DNA of 64,000 nt from Eledone cirrhosa (lineage: Eukaryota): positions 47,306,001-47,370,000 of the forward strand of contig OZ024741.1 of NCBI GenBank assembly GCA_964016885.1, given 5' to 3'. This document shows, piece by piece, positions 23,600-36,198 of the stretch. The notes under the pieces are model-generated. The model was not told where the DNA came from and made no database searches. It saw only the letters and a list, made by a program, of their open reading frames with translations. Made by a program: the position numbers and the translations under genes. Every line of letters starts with the position of its first letter. Position 1 is the stretch's first letter.

Positions 23600-24060
23600 C
23601 GTTAAAAGAAATATAGATTTATTTATTGGGTTTTTTTTTGCGATTTATTTGCCCCCTTTTTTTTTTTTTTTTTTTTGCGATTTATTAGCCTTTTGGGGTC
23701 ACACACACCCCCGTAGAAAGTGTGCGACTTTTCTGCCAGGGAGCACAGAGAGAGGGGGGGTGCTCCCTTCTTCTTTTACCTGTACTAGCCGATATAGAGA
23801 GATGGCCCACTTACACGGGCCATTATTGCTACTTTCACCCATCTTTCATGGAATTGGCTGGGACTGAGTGCCTTTTTCTCCACCTTGATCCTTCTTTCGA
23901 AGTGGTATCGGAAGAAGAGGACCATTTGTTGGCCGGCGACATATCCCCACAGTTTCCTCGTTGCAAACGCATCTGGGACATTTCTTTTCCAAGGGGTTTC
24001 CGTCCCGGAATCCGTGTCTGTAGAGCCTTTCCCGAACGGGCAGGGCCCCTCGGTATAATA
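23600..24060 (-). mobile_element. Tx1-clade LINE 3' fragment (internally deleted) with A-rich tail
   Basis: Minus strand YRGALPVRERLYRHG..KCPRC..EETV..FFRYHFERRIKVEK..FHERWVKVAIMARVSGP, homologous to the ends of the two + strand Tx1 copies. Confidence 0.8.
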
Positions 24061-24109
24061 GTAAATATTAGTGGTTGTAATAAAAATGCAATCAAAATGT
24101 AATAAATAC

Positions 24110-24245
24110 CTTCACTGATTTCTTTCCTTATATTATCAACAGAAGTTGGTATGTCACCCAAAGTTCGCTTTGTATGTTCCCGAATAGCAGTGAATTTTGA
24201 TAAAACTGTTTCTAATTCCTTCTCCACAGTAAGACAAATATCCAT
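24110..24245 (-). CDS. RMND5: First coding exon of an RMND5/Gid2-like gene (CTLH/GID E3 ligase subunit); gene or orphan exon
   Basis: MDICLTVEKELETVLSKF..RTLGDI..IRKEISE resembles the RMND5A N-terminus as remembered (MDQCVTVERELEKVLHKF); ends AAG|GTATTT after 136 nt (phase 1); upstream tttttttaaag is acceptor-like. Confidence 0.7.
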
Positions 24246-24414
24246 GTGTAGTCCAAAAAGATATAAATCTTTAAAAAAATTATAATAATTCTTTATTATT
24301 ATTATTTTCTTTTTCTGTAAATAATTATTTTTCTATATATCTCAAACCCTGCCAAACACCACATCTGTCCATCTGTAAATTTAAATGACTGTTCTTTCAT
24401 ACTTATCCTCTTCA

Positions 24415-24508
24415 ACTACACATGGATATTTGTCTTACTGTGGAGAAGGAATTAGAAACAGTTTTATCAAAATTCACTGCTATTCGGGAACATACAAAGC
24501 GAACTTTG
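24415..24508 (+). pseudogene. 94-bp inverted copy of the RMND5-like exon start
   Basis: Exact reverse complement of 24159-24252; reads MDICLTVEKELETVLSKFTAIREHTKRTL, then diverges. Confidence 0.85.
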
Positions 24509-25764
24509 ATACCCCATCATTTTTCACATTGTTGAAAATTCTTGATTAGATCCAAACATGGACCTCTTGTAGTCATTATTTTTCCTTAAGTTCTTCCATC
24601 TATTATTTATGCTACGTTGTATTTTCCTAATATATTTCAACAACCTTCATTTCTTGAAACTGACCATTGAATTTAAAGCTTTACCTATATCCCCATCACT
24701 AACACTCTTAACCCTTAAAAATCATCATCATTTTTACGGCCACTTTTCCATGCTTGTATGAGTTAGACGGTTCCTTCTCAGCATGACATCTCTCGACTTG
24801 TCACATTCCTTCATCTCCTCTGCCAGTCTTAGTGATTTGAGGTCAGCTCTCAAAACCTCTGCCCACGTCTTTCTTGGTCATCCTCTACTGTGGCTTCCTT
24901 CCACTGGGATTTCTTCACTCATCAGTTATTGTCTATACCAACAGTCTTCTCTCCTGCATATCACCTCAGATTCCTCTTAAACTCAGTTTCTCTCTCAACT
25001 TGTCCAAGTTCTCACTTTCTTTCACACTTACATTGCACATCCAACCAAGCAGGGTTGCTTCGTTTCTCTCCAGTCTATCCTTTTGTTTTGTATGTAGAGA
25101 GAAACCGTTTGTTGTCAACAGTGGAGTAGTTCTCTAAACTTCTCCCATCCTATCCTTAAGGGTTAAACAATTTATACTTTGCTACACAGCACATTCTATC
25201 TTTTATACTTATCAGTCTGTTCCCATTGTACACTGTATGTTTTATCCTTTGTTCATATCTACTGTTTATCAATATAAAAATATAATATAATTTCCACAGT
25301 TGAATCTTTAGCTTTTGAGTATTTTCTGTATCTTATACTGTTTCTCTATTATTTCAGAATATCAGATGACATTGGCAGTAAAGAATTCTTTATATAAGAT
25401 ACATCATCAATATTTATCATCTCTTAAAAACTAAAAGATGTTATACAAAATAGATACAATCCTGTTTATATAAATTTATGATAGAATTATTGTGGAATAT
25501 TTCCTTTGAACTGAGATTAATAATGTTTCTCTACTTCACTGTCAAGATGATTTGGGTTTTTAATTAGACTTCAACAAATTTACAATGAAGGTTGCATCAT
25601 TTTTAAGATATTGGCAAAGATCACAGTTGTTGGAAATATAGCAGTAGAAATATTTTCATCAACATAGGAAAATGTAAAAATGAAAACAAGAAAAATATCC
25701 ATATTTTGTAGTGAGAGAAGAAAAATTATGGAAGAATGTTTAAGCACAGATTTTTTCTAAAGTG

Positions 25765-26712
25765 ATGCCGAAAAACATAGGAAAATCATCATACTACTGT
25801 GATATCTGTGGTAGAACTTACTCTCAAAAATGTAAACTCACTTCTCACAAACGTATTCACACAGGAGAAAAACCATATCAATGTGATATCTGTGGTAAAT
25901 CATTCTCTCGAAATGATCACTTGACTATTCACAAAGCTATTCATACAGGAGAGAAGCCATATCACTGTGATATCTGCAATAAGTCATTCTCTCGAAATGA
26001 TCATTTAATAAAACACATACGTATTCATACAGGAGAGAAGCCATATCACTGTGATATTTGCGGTACATCATTCTCTTGTAGGAGTAGTTTAACCACTCAC
26101 AAACGCACTCATACTGGGGAAGAACCATATCACTGTGATATCTGTAATAAATCATTTTCTCAGAAAAGTCACTTAACTAAACACAAACGAATTCATACAG
26201 GAGAAACACCATATCACTGTGATATCTGTGGTAAATCATTCTCTCAAAAAAGCAACTTAACTACTCACAAACATATTCATGCAGGAGAGAAGCCATACCA
26301 CTGTGATACCTGTGGTAAATCGTTCCTTGAAACAAGTCACTTAACTAGTCACAAACAAACTCATACAGGAGAGAAGCCATATAATTGTGAAATCTGTGGT
26401 AAGTCATTCTCTCGAAATAGTGTCTTAACTAAACATCAGCGTGTTCATACAGGAGAGAAACCATATCGATGTGATACCTGTGGCAAATCATTTTCGCAAA
26501 ATGGTCACTTAGCTAAACACAGACATATTCATACAGGAGAGAAGCCATATCACTGTGATCGCTGTGGTAAATCATTCTCTGCAAGTGGTGGCTTAACTCT
26601 ACACATACGCATTCATACAGGAGAAAAACCCTACCACTGTGATATCTGTGGTAGATCATTCGCTCAAAGAAGTCACTTAACTACACATATAGGTATTCAT
26701 TCAGAAGAGTAA
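25765..26712 (+). CDS. Tandem C2H2 zinc-finger protein, 11 fingers
   Basis: Uninterrupted CxxC-x12-HxxxH repeats with TGEKPY linkers; probable splice acceptor ttatttcag| at 25357/25358. Confidence 0.92.
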   Translation: MPKNIGKSSYYCDICGRTYSQKCKLTSHKRIHTGEKPYQCDICGKSFSRNDHLTIHKAIHTGEKPYHCDICNKSFSRNDHLIKHIRIHTGEKPYHCDICGTSFSCRSSLTTHKRTHTGEEPYHCDICNKSFSQKSHLTKHKRIHTGETPYHCDICGKSFSQKSNLTTHKHIHAGEKPYHCDTCGKSFLETSHLTSHKQTHTGEKPYNCEICGKSFSRNSVLTKHQRVHTGEKPYRCDTCGKSFSQNGHLAKHRHIHTGEKPYHCDRCGKSFSASGGLTLHIRIHTGEKPYHCDICGRSFAQRSHLTTHIGIHSEE

Positions 26713-26989
26713 TTATAGCAATGACCACATCCAGGTGTGGTGCCTAGAATTCCAAAATATCAATAAAGCTGGTTTACTCTTAAATTATTTTTTTATTTTA
26801 TATGTTGATCATCTAGCCAAAACTTGTGCTGACACAACCATCATCATCATCATCATCATCACTGTTTAACATCCATTTTTCCAAGCTAGCATGGTTTACA
26901 GACTTAATCAGTGGATGATAACAGTTAGACATTTCTCCAAACTGATCTTCACTCGCTCTGTATGTCAAAGCTATGTAATTTATTAATAG

Positions 26990-27310
26990 GTGCATGGCTT
27001 AGTGGGCTTGCAATTGTGAGGTTATAATTTTGATTCCCGGACCTGGTGATGCGTTGTCTTTAGTAAGACACTTTATTTCACGTTGCTCCAGTTTACTCAA
27101 CTGTAGAAATGAGTTACATCATCACTGATAACAAGCTGCATTGGCCTTTGCCTTTCCTTTGGACAACATCAGTGGCATAGAGGGAGGAGACTAGTAAGGG
27201 TGAGTGCTGGTCTTCCACAAAAAGACCTTGCCCAAACATGAAATTTGAAAGGGATAATTTCTAGGTTCAAATCCTATGGTTATTCGTGACCGAAAGGGGG
27301 TCTTTATCCA
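26990..27310 (+). mobile_element. tRNA-derived CORE-type SINE (degenerate)
   Basis: A-box-like tggcttagtgg, B-box-like ttttgattccc, core gtaagacactttatttcacgttgctccagtttactcaactgtagaaatgagt. Confidence 0.55.
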
Positions 27311-27739
27311 ATGTAATTTGTTGACATTATCTGATACTAGGTTCTAGATATTAGAAGTTATCATGCAGTAAATGAAAGATAAACAATAAGGTAACTCTGT
27401 ACATTGAATAATAATAATATTGTTGGTTATCTAGTGAATATATGATGTGACCAGCTGATTGATGGTAGCTAAGTAAGTGATAATGTATCTGCTTTAGAAT
27501 AACTACACTATATCCCTGCATGTTATAAGAAGCTACTAAAAGGGTTAGTGTCAGAAAGAGATTCAGCTGTAAAACAATGCTTCCAAATATCTTCTCCAAC
27601 TCATACCAGAATGGAAACATTGACATAAAAATGATGATGAGAACAAATCATATGGCAACATACAATCTGTATATAAAGCATTGTAATTCTTATAATTTGG
27701 AATAACTGAATGCTACGCAACCTGCCAGCTTCTTTTAGT

Positions 27740-30700
27740 GGGGTTGCTGTTATGGTTATGTGAAAATAATTTTCTAAACATGGATGAGAGTTGCATAAAA
27801 AAGTGCAAGATATATAAAGTTGATGGTCACTATGGAAGAGGGAGCCCTAGGAAAACTTGGGATGATGTGGTGAAAGGTAACCTCACGAAAGAGATGATGC
27901 AAGTTGACTGGTGATATGTCATACTGCAGAGACCCACCTTCTCATACATATATGGAGAAGTGGAATAACACTTAGGGTCTCACCTTTCCCTGTCCCTTAC
28001 TAAATACCCCACCTTAGCCCTCTTCATCTCAATCCTCCTTCCCCATCTTGCTCATCCAACTCATTCCAGCATGGACCTCCCCTCCTCACACACACACTCA
28101 AAGCCCAGCCCAACCCACACCAGTATAAAATGACAGTCCATATTCAACCCATGCCAACATAGAAAGCTGAGCACACCCCAACTTGTACCACAATAAAATG
28201 CTCAGTTGGGATTGGGGAGGGCTTCTGGCTATGACAGAACATATGAACTAAATATGTATATCTGTCAGCCTAGTCACAGAGTGTGACAGTCTTTCTGTTC
28301 ATGCAGGCATGAAAAATAGATAAATAGATGTTTAAATGATAATGTGTGTGTGTCTGCCACATCTCTGATACAAAATAAATCAACTGAAGCAAACTAGAAA
28401 AATTACCGATTTTCCAACACCCTATTTATTCCAAGCCCCCTGCTTATTCTACCCCATCCCCCTATTATTTGGGACCCAAGAATAATTAATAGGTTACTTA
28501 GTAGCCCTGTGATCTGAAATTATAGTAGCCAGAATAAGAAAAGGGTGTAAAAAGTTCAGGTTGCTAGTTCCTTTGTTGACAACAAAGGAATTTTCTTTCT
28601 GAGTGAAAGGTAGGTTATATATTGCCTGCATTCAAAGTGATATGCTACAGGATAGTGAGACATGAACAGTGATTGCAGAAGACAAACAACTCAAGTATGT
28701 TCTAATGGATGTGTAATGTTTGTGTGTATGAATAATGAAGCACAAATGAATTGAGGGAAAAAGCTGAATATGAAGCATCAGATGCAGTGTGCAAGAGAAA
28801 AGATTGCACTGGTATCGACATGTAATGCATATGGATGGTGATTGTTATATGAAAAAAGTAGCAGGATATCCCAGTGGAAGGAAGTTGTAGAAGACCTGAA
28901 GCAGAGAGAGTGAGAGCTAATCCCAACATGCTGAACCTTACAGAAATAACTAAGGAATGCAACACTTACAGGGAAGCTGTGCTGGAGAAGACACGCAAGC
29001 ATGAAAAAATAGACATAAAATGATATTGATCTCTCTTAAAAATCACAAGCTAACATCTTAGAAAAGTATATATTGGATAACATAGTTTTGGTTTCCCTGC
29101 ACATTAGAAAAATATGGGATAATCACAGCTGGAAGAAGTTGGTTTTAACAACAAACAATGTAAGTGAACATCTTAACATCTACAGCTGTAAAGAAGGAAC
29201 TTGGGATTTATTATTTAACCATATAAGGATGAAATAAATATTTTAGAATTGACAGAGTTGTTAGAGCATCAAATTAAATGCTTCAGTGATTGCTCTAGCT
29301 CTCTGTGCTCTGAATTCAAATCCCAATGAGATCAACTTTGCCTTCCATCTTTTCAGAACTGATTAAAAAAAAAAAGTAGAGGGGGATTAGATTGATGGAA
29401 AAGTTAATGAGTTGGTCTGAGTGCTTTGTGGTATGTGATCCAGCTCTGTATTCTGAGGTCAAATCTCACATCCTTCTCACAGGAGTTGCAACCAGTAGAT
29501 AGTATCAGCAATGAAAACAATTTCCTTCATTTGATCAGATGACAGGCCCCTTTCCTTTTTGAAGCTATCTTATCTTCTTTTATTTAAACTTCTTATTTTA
29601 ATAAAGCATAGGAGTTGGTGGAGCCAGTATCTTCCTCTTATGTGGAGTCATTATATAATGTCAGTTGAATTATATTTTCACTTAATAGCAATCAATATGA
29701 TTTATGTTTTCCTTTTAGTAACAGGAAATATTTGTAGAAGAGGAGAGCATGTATTAACGACAAGATATTACAGGTACTTAATTTATCTTCATCTGAATCG
29801 AATTTCCCCTGACAGGAACCCAAATTAACAAATTAAAAAGTAGATGTACGGAACTAAATGCAGAAAACAATTAACCATTTTATTACCAAATCTCTCTTGA
29901 TTCTATAATACAAAACTATGTTTTAAAGTGTTTATAGTTATCTAGAAACCTTCCATTATAGTGGAGGAAGGTGCTCTGAGAGCATAATAGCTAGATTAAG
30001 GATAGGATGGAAGAAGTTTAGAGAGCTACTTCCCCAAAAAAGTTTCTCTCTACTTACAAAAGGACACCTGTGTGCAAAGTACAGTGTTGCATGGTAGTGA
30101 AACATGAGCAGTGACTGCAGAAAATGTGTAGACTGGAGAGAAATGAAGGAGCCATGCTCTGTTGGGTGTGCAATGTAAATGTGAGAGATGGGGAAGGCTT
30201 TTGACAGAGTACCAAAATCTATAGTCTAGTGGTCTTTAAGAAAACTAGATATAAATTAATGATTCGTGAGAGCAGTGCAAGCCATGTACTGTCAGGAAAA
30301 TAAGGTAATGAGTTTAGTGAGGAATTCAATGTACAATTTGGTGTCCATCAAGGCTTTGTTCTCAGCCCACTCATGTTCATTATAGTTCCCCTGGAGACGG
30401 TGGATCAGACTTGGGGAGAATGGTTAGAGTAAGATGTGTATGGAAGAAATTGCATGAATTGAATGACATGCTAATGAAGAAGGGAGTGTTACTGAAACTG
30501 AAGGGAAAAGTATACACTGCATACGTAAAAAGTGCCATAATTTATGGAAACAAAACATGTGAAGCAATAGAAAAAACTGGAATAAATGGAATTGAGAATG
30601 AGCAGAGCATCACTAAGAGAGGAAGGCAAACAATGAACTGCAGATGATGAAGGGAATAGAGCTGGTGATGAATCGTGTGAAGAGAAATAGAATGAGATGG

Positions 30701-30930
30701 TTGGATCATGTGTTGAAGAAGGATGAAAGTGTTTAGGTGAAAGGAGTGATGAAAATGAATTAAGAAGGGGAAGATCAAGAAAGGCATGGTTAAAAATGAT
30801 GGAGTGGATGTACAGGATATGGCAAAATAGAAGTGAGATGATGAAGCAAGATGTAGAGGGTAGGGCAAAATGAAGGTCTGCCATATGAACCATAAAGCTG
30901 ACTTGTATTTTGGCTGGGAAAATGGCCTTA
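27740..30930 (+). mobile_element. Several old RTE-clade LINE 3' fragments (~27740-27940, 28540-29010, 29960-30930) interleaved with SINEs
   Basis: Remnant motifs GRGSPRKTWDDVV, WKKFRELLP, LKLKGKVYTAYVKSAIIYG, GVHQGFVLSPLMFIIV. Confidence 0.65.
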
Positions 30931-32021
30931 AAATGCTTGTTGTAGTTATTTTATAAATATTTCAGTGGTGTTTAAATTTTGAATTAACCTATGCTAGCAT
31001 GGAAAAATAAATGAAAAATGATGATGGTGGTATGGTGATGATGATGAACTGTGACTGTCCATAAAATAACCAACAAACATAGTTATTAATGAGTCTCAAA
31101 CACTCTTTGCTTTTCTCAGGACTTTATTATGGAAGCAATAACAAAAGAAGCCTTCAGCATGTCTGAAATATAATGGATGAAACAATAATGAGGTGGAGAA
31201 TAAATGGTAAACTGCATGTAATATGGAATGAAATTGAAATAACAATAATGGAATATGAATAGTTTGAGTTGTATTCCTCTGGTTAAAAGATTTTAATTAA
31301 AATTTTATTAGATTTTAATTTACATAAAATTGTGAATATTTTGCCACAAATTTCAATAAGATTTTACATGAATTTCTCAGTGGTTTCTTCTTTTTACTTT
31401 TGTTTTACTTTTGTCAACAAATCTCTTCAATATTTTCCTTCTTTATATATTTATTTTTAACAACATGGCTTTTGAATGAGAAATTTTTGTTCACAAATTT
31501 CACATATAAATGGCTTTACTCTATTTTTCCAGTCATGATTACTGAGACTGTCTCTGTAAGAAACTTTAATGACAAATAACAATGGCTAGATATTTCTGCA
31601 GAGTGTATTTATAGATTAGAAGACTTGAACTCAACAAATTAATTCCATCAAATTTTACATCAAATGTTTTTCTCCAGTGTATATTCAGATGTGAATAACA
31701 AGTGTAAACCTAATTCACACTAAATAATTTCCCCTACATATTTCACATTCATATAGTTTGGCCTTTATTGTTTGTTTCTTTTTTGCCTAGTGTATATTCA
31801 TTTGTCAACAAGTTTATAATTCACAAATAAGGATTTCTCAAATATTTTAGTGAAAAGGTTTCTCTCAAACAAGAGCATATTTGTAGACTACACGATGAGA
31901 ATTCAAAGACAGTAAATTTTGAGATTTTTACTGTGATGTTTTCCAATGTGTACTTGTCACTGGACAATAATTTTATATGCAAGGTAAGGATTTCTCCTGT
32001 TTTACTGTTAAAAGGCTTCTT

Positions 32022-33335
32022 TCAAGTGTGTATTCGCTTGTGTGTTTTTAAGTGACCATTGGTGACAAAAGATTTCCCACATATTTCACAGTGGAAGGGT
32101 TTTTCACGAGTATGAATACGCTTGTGAACAACAAGATGAGAATTATTAATGAAAGATTTCCCACATGTTTCACAATGATAGGGTTTCTCTCCAGTGTGTA
32201 TTCTTTTGTGTTTTGTTAAATCACTATTATTAACAAAAGATTTCCCACATATTTCACAATGATACGGTTTTTCTCCAGTGTGACTACGTATGTGAACAGT
32301 AAGCTTAGAATTTTCGATGAAAGATTTCCCACATATTTCACAGTGAAAAGGTTTTTCCCCAGTATGAGTACGTATGTGAACTACAAGACTAGAATTAACA
32401 GAGAATGATTTTCCACAAATTTCACAGTGAAATGGTTTCTCTTCCATGTGTATTTTTTTGTGTTTTGTTAGAATAATGTCAGATACAAAAGATTTCCCAC
32501 ATATTTCACAATGAAACAGTTTTTCTACAGTGTGGATTATTTTGTGTCTAGTTAAATTACTGTTAGAGACAAAAGATTTCCCACATATTTCACAATGACA
32601 GGGTTTTTCTCCAGTGTGACTACTTTTGTGGATAACCAGTTTAGAATTATGCATAAAAGATTTCCCACATATTTCACAGCAAAGCAGTTTTTCTCCAGTG
32701 TGTATTCTTTTGTGACCTGTTAAATGAATGTTAGAAACAAAAGATCTTCCACATATTTCACAGTGGAAGGGTTTTTCTCCAGTATGATTACGTATGTGGA
32801 TAATAAGATTTGACTTAGTGGTGAAGGATTTCTCACATATCTCACAGTGATAGGGTTTTTCTCCAGTGTGTGTTACCTTGTGTCGTGTTAAATCACTATC
32901 AGAGACAAAAGATTTATCACATATTTTACAACTGAATGGTTTTTCACCAGTGTGACTACGTATGTGGACAACAAGATGAGAATTCTGCGTGAAAGATTTC
33001 CCACATATTTCACAGTGAAATGGTTTTTCTCCTGTGTGTATTCTTTTGTGTTTAGTTAAATTACTCTTAGAGACCAAAGATTTCCCACATATTTCACAAA
33101 TAATATTTTTGTGTATTGACCTTTGTTCAATAAATGTTTCACTAGATGAAAGTTTCTCATCACCACTGTGTATATGTGTTACAGAATCCATATTGGTGTG
33201 AGAAGTGTACAAGTCATTAATGTCTTCCATATTAAATCTTGAGTAATTCTTGAAATTTCTGTTTCTTTTCTTGTATATCATTAGACTGTATATATGTGGA
33301 AAATGTGCAATGTAGATATGTTTTCTACTTACCAC
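32022..33335 (-). CDS. Tandem C2H2 zinc-finger protein, 13 fingers (true start uncertain; possibly MEDINDL or an upstream exon)
   Basis: CEICGKSF..H..HTGEKPFH repeats in one open frame. Confidence 0.9.
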   Translation of the reverse strand: MVSRKHIYIAHFPHIYSLMIYKKRNRNFKNYSRFNMEDINDLYTSHTNMDSVTHIHSGDEKLSSSETFIEQRSIHKNIICEICGKSLVSKSNLTKHKRIHTGEKPFHCEICGKSFTQNSHLVVHIRSHTGEKPFSCKICDKSFVSDSDLTRHKVTHTGEKPYHCEICEKSFTTKSNLIIHIRNHTGEKPFHCEICGRSFVSNIHLTGHKRIHTGEKLLCCEICGKSFMHNSKLVIHKSSHTGEKPCHCEICGKSFVSNSNLTRHKIIHTVEKLFHCEICGKSFVSDIILTKHKKIHMEEKPFHCEICGKSFSVNSSLVVHIRTHTGEKPFHCEICGKSFIENSKLTVHIRSHTGEKPYHCEICGKSFVNNSDLTKHKRIHTGEKPYHCETCGKSFINNSHLVVHKRIHTREKPFHCEICGKSFVTNGHLKTHKRIHT

Positions 33336-34419
33336 AAGAATACTTGTGGCTAAATCTTAGTCTTAGGTTCTTCTGTGCCTTTTGGCGCATTGAGTAGTAA
33401 GTGGTCACCAAAGGTCATGATCAGTGGCAGGTTTTTTGCGTCTGTGCCAAGTGATGTTGGCTGCCATCAGGTCTTTTTGGAACGTTCATCGCCAGGTGAT
33501 CCTGGAGCAACCACGCTTCCGTTTGCTAAGTGGGCCCTCTCTAAGTGGCACACACATTGTTGTAAATGAAAAGAATTCTGTATCTACATTAAGAAATGTA
33601 GATATGGTTAAGAGATGCTATATAAGATAAAACAGCAGTAAGAAACTCTCAGGAGAGATAGACAGCAGAAGGTCGTCAGAGAAGAAACCCCGACTCGAAC
33701 AAGTGCTTCGGCAGACATTCTGGTGAAATCTATGTTCGTGTACTCTAGGTTGTAAAGGAAACTTTCAGCACAACTGTAAAACAAGAAAATATATGACAAT
33801 GTAAGACTAGTGTTAGAGAAAGAACACTTATGGGTGTGTGTAGTCTTAATAAATCAGATTTGTTACCATGGATACTAGAATAGTAGACAATGTGCTTCAG
33901 ATTTAAAGGCCAACTGAAAAATAAAGAAGGATCAGTAAAGTTAATGATTAAACCCTATTCCAATGTCCTGTAAAATGAGGAACAGCAAATTCACGATGTA
34001 ACGTAGTTTGTGACAGTATGAATGATCTACTAATTGGTTCTACTTTAGGCACAAGGCCAGCAATTTGAAGAGGAGGGGAAAGTCGATTAAATCAACCTTG
34101 GTGCTTTACTTTATCGACTCCATAAGGATGAAAGGCAAAGCTAACCATGACGGGATTTGAACTCAAAATGTAAAGGGCCGTAACTCTATGCGGCAAAGCA
34201 TGGTGTCCGACCCTCTACCGATAACTGTCAATCCACCGCCTTAATAATTCATGTGATAGATCACTGATCCTAAAAGATGTGCACGCTCTCCCTATATTAC
34301 AACAAACATTAATGTTAACCATAATATATGATATAAATAACTGCTACATACGATATAAATCTATTTGAACACATCTCTTTTTAGAAGATCGTCGTTTTTT
34401 TTTTTCTTTCTTTCTCTCG

Positions 34420-34980
34420 CTTTGACCATATATTTTGGTGTTATATTTGTGAGGTTCCTAGCAATAATTAATTGTATTTATTATATGAGTTTATATTTTC
34501 ATTCTGACAGAATTGTGAACAATTTGTAATGTTATTTATACAACTGCGAATAAAAATATCTAATGTTAAATTAAAAAAGTTGGGCTTAATCAATATTATT
34601 GATCTACACTACATAACTGGTGAGGGAGCTTCAATGTGTTCGTTTGACTCGTCTAAAATAGCAGTCAAATCTACATTTATCGCATATAAAGGTTTTACAC
34701 AATTATCTCCCCTACTTCACTTGTTGCCCTCGCAAGATCGGAACATCGGCGGTCTATCTGAGGAGGGAGCTCCGCGAGATTGGGTGACTGTTGCAGCGGG
34801 TGTCACTGGCCATCGTCTGTGGGAATGCTTTTTCCGTCTTGTCCGCGGGGTGCAGCACTTCTGCCCCCTTGCCCTAGGCCCAATCACGGTCGCCTTTCTT
34901 CTGCGACATTAGAGCTCTTGCCGTCCCCTCTCCATCCCGTTCTTTTTCCTCTATATTTCCCTATTCTTTCTTTCCTTTTT
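34420..34980 (+). mobile_element. CRE-clade 3' UTR copy (~34420-34580) and a second CRE-like C-terminal fragment (~34730-34900)
   Basis: UTR matches the 17230-17400(-), 39160-39300 and 41475-41630 copies; second piece reads LLQRVSLAIVCGNAF. Confidence 0.6.
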
Positions 34981-35002
34981 ATTATTATTATTATTATTAT
35001 TA

Positions 35003-36198
35003 TTGGCGGTGGATTGGCAGTATCGGTAGAGGGTCGGACGCCATGCTTTCCAGCATAGTTACGTCCCTTTACGATCTGAGTTCAAATCCCGCCGAGGTTG
35101 ACTTTGCCTTTCATCCTTACGGAGTCGATAAAATAAAGTACCAGTAATGCACTGGATATTTTCTGGCCTTGTGCCTAAAGTAGAAACAATTATTATTGCC
35201 GTTGTTAGAGTTGTCATTATTATTGTTGGCAATCAGCCCTTGTGGCCAATAAATGAAATAATTATTAATGCTTCGACGCATAGAGTTACGGCCCTTGCCA
35301 TTCTGAGTTCAAATCCCGCCGAGGTTAACTTTGCCTTTCATCCTTACGGGGTCGATAAAATAAAGTACCAGTAATGCACTGGATAATTGTTGGCCTTGTG
35401 CCAAAAGTAGAAACAATTATTATTGTTGACTATCGGTAGAGCGTCGGACGCTATGCTTTGCAGCATAGAGTTACGGGCCTTTATGATCTGAGTTCAATCC
35501 CGCCAAGGTTAACTTTTCCCTTCATCCTTACGGGGTCGATAAAATAAAGTACCAGTAACGTACTGGGTCGATTTAATCGACCCCTCCCCCCCCAGATTAC
35601 TGGCCTTATGCCTATACTAGAAATCATTATTATTGTTGGGAGTGTAAGGGCGGTGGATTGGCAGTATCGGTAGAGGGTCGGACGTCTTGCTTTGACGCAT
35701 AGAGTTACGGCCCTTTCCATTCTGAGTTCAAATCCCGCCGAGGTAAACTTTGCCTTTCATCCTTACAGGGTCGATAAAATAAAGTAGTAGTAATGTACTG
35801 GGTAATTGCTGGCCTTGTGCCAAAAGTAGAAACAATTATTATTGTTGGAAGTATCGGTGGAGCGTCGGACATGCTTTGCAGAATAGAGTTACGGGCCTTT
35901 ACGGTCTGAGTTTAAATCTCGCTAAGGTTAACTTTGCCTTTCGTCCTTACGGGGTCGATAAAATAAAGTACCTGTAATGAACTGAATAATTGCTGGCCTT
36001 GCGCCAAAAGTAGAAACAATTATTATTATTGTTACTGTAAGGCCAGCAATTACGCAGTACATTACTGGTACTTTATTTTATCGACCCCGTAAGGATGAAA
36101 GGCAAAGTTAACCTCGGCGGGATTTGAACTCAGAATGGCAAGGGCCGTAACTCTATGCGTCAAAGCATGGCGTCCGACCCTTTACCGATACTGCCAAT
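35003..36198. repeat. Concatemer of Nin/Deu-domain SINEs: five head-to-tail copies plus one inverted copy
   Basis: Unit ggcagtatcggtagag..ctgagttcaaatcccgccgaggttaactttgcctttcatccttacggggtcgataaaataaagtaccag..ggccttgtgccaaaagtagaaacaattattatt; inverted copy at ~36038-36198. Confidence 0.9.

Noticed and set aside
23835-24109. 136-aa ORF as a single RMND5-fusion protein
   Set aside because: RMND5 similarity stops at the GT donor (24109); the remainder is read-through into a Tx1 fragment.
35003-36198. Repeat/spacer-like periodicity resembling a CRISPR array (also 48771-48996)
   Set aside because: Units are whole SINEs or contiguous minisatellite copies without unique spacers; eukaryotic context and no cas genes.
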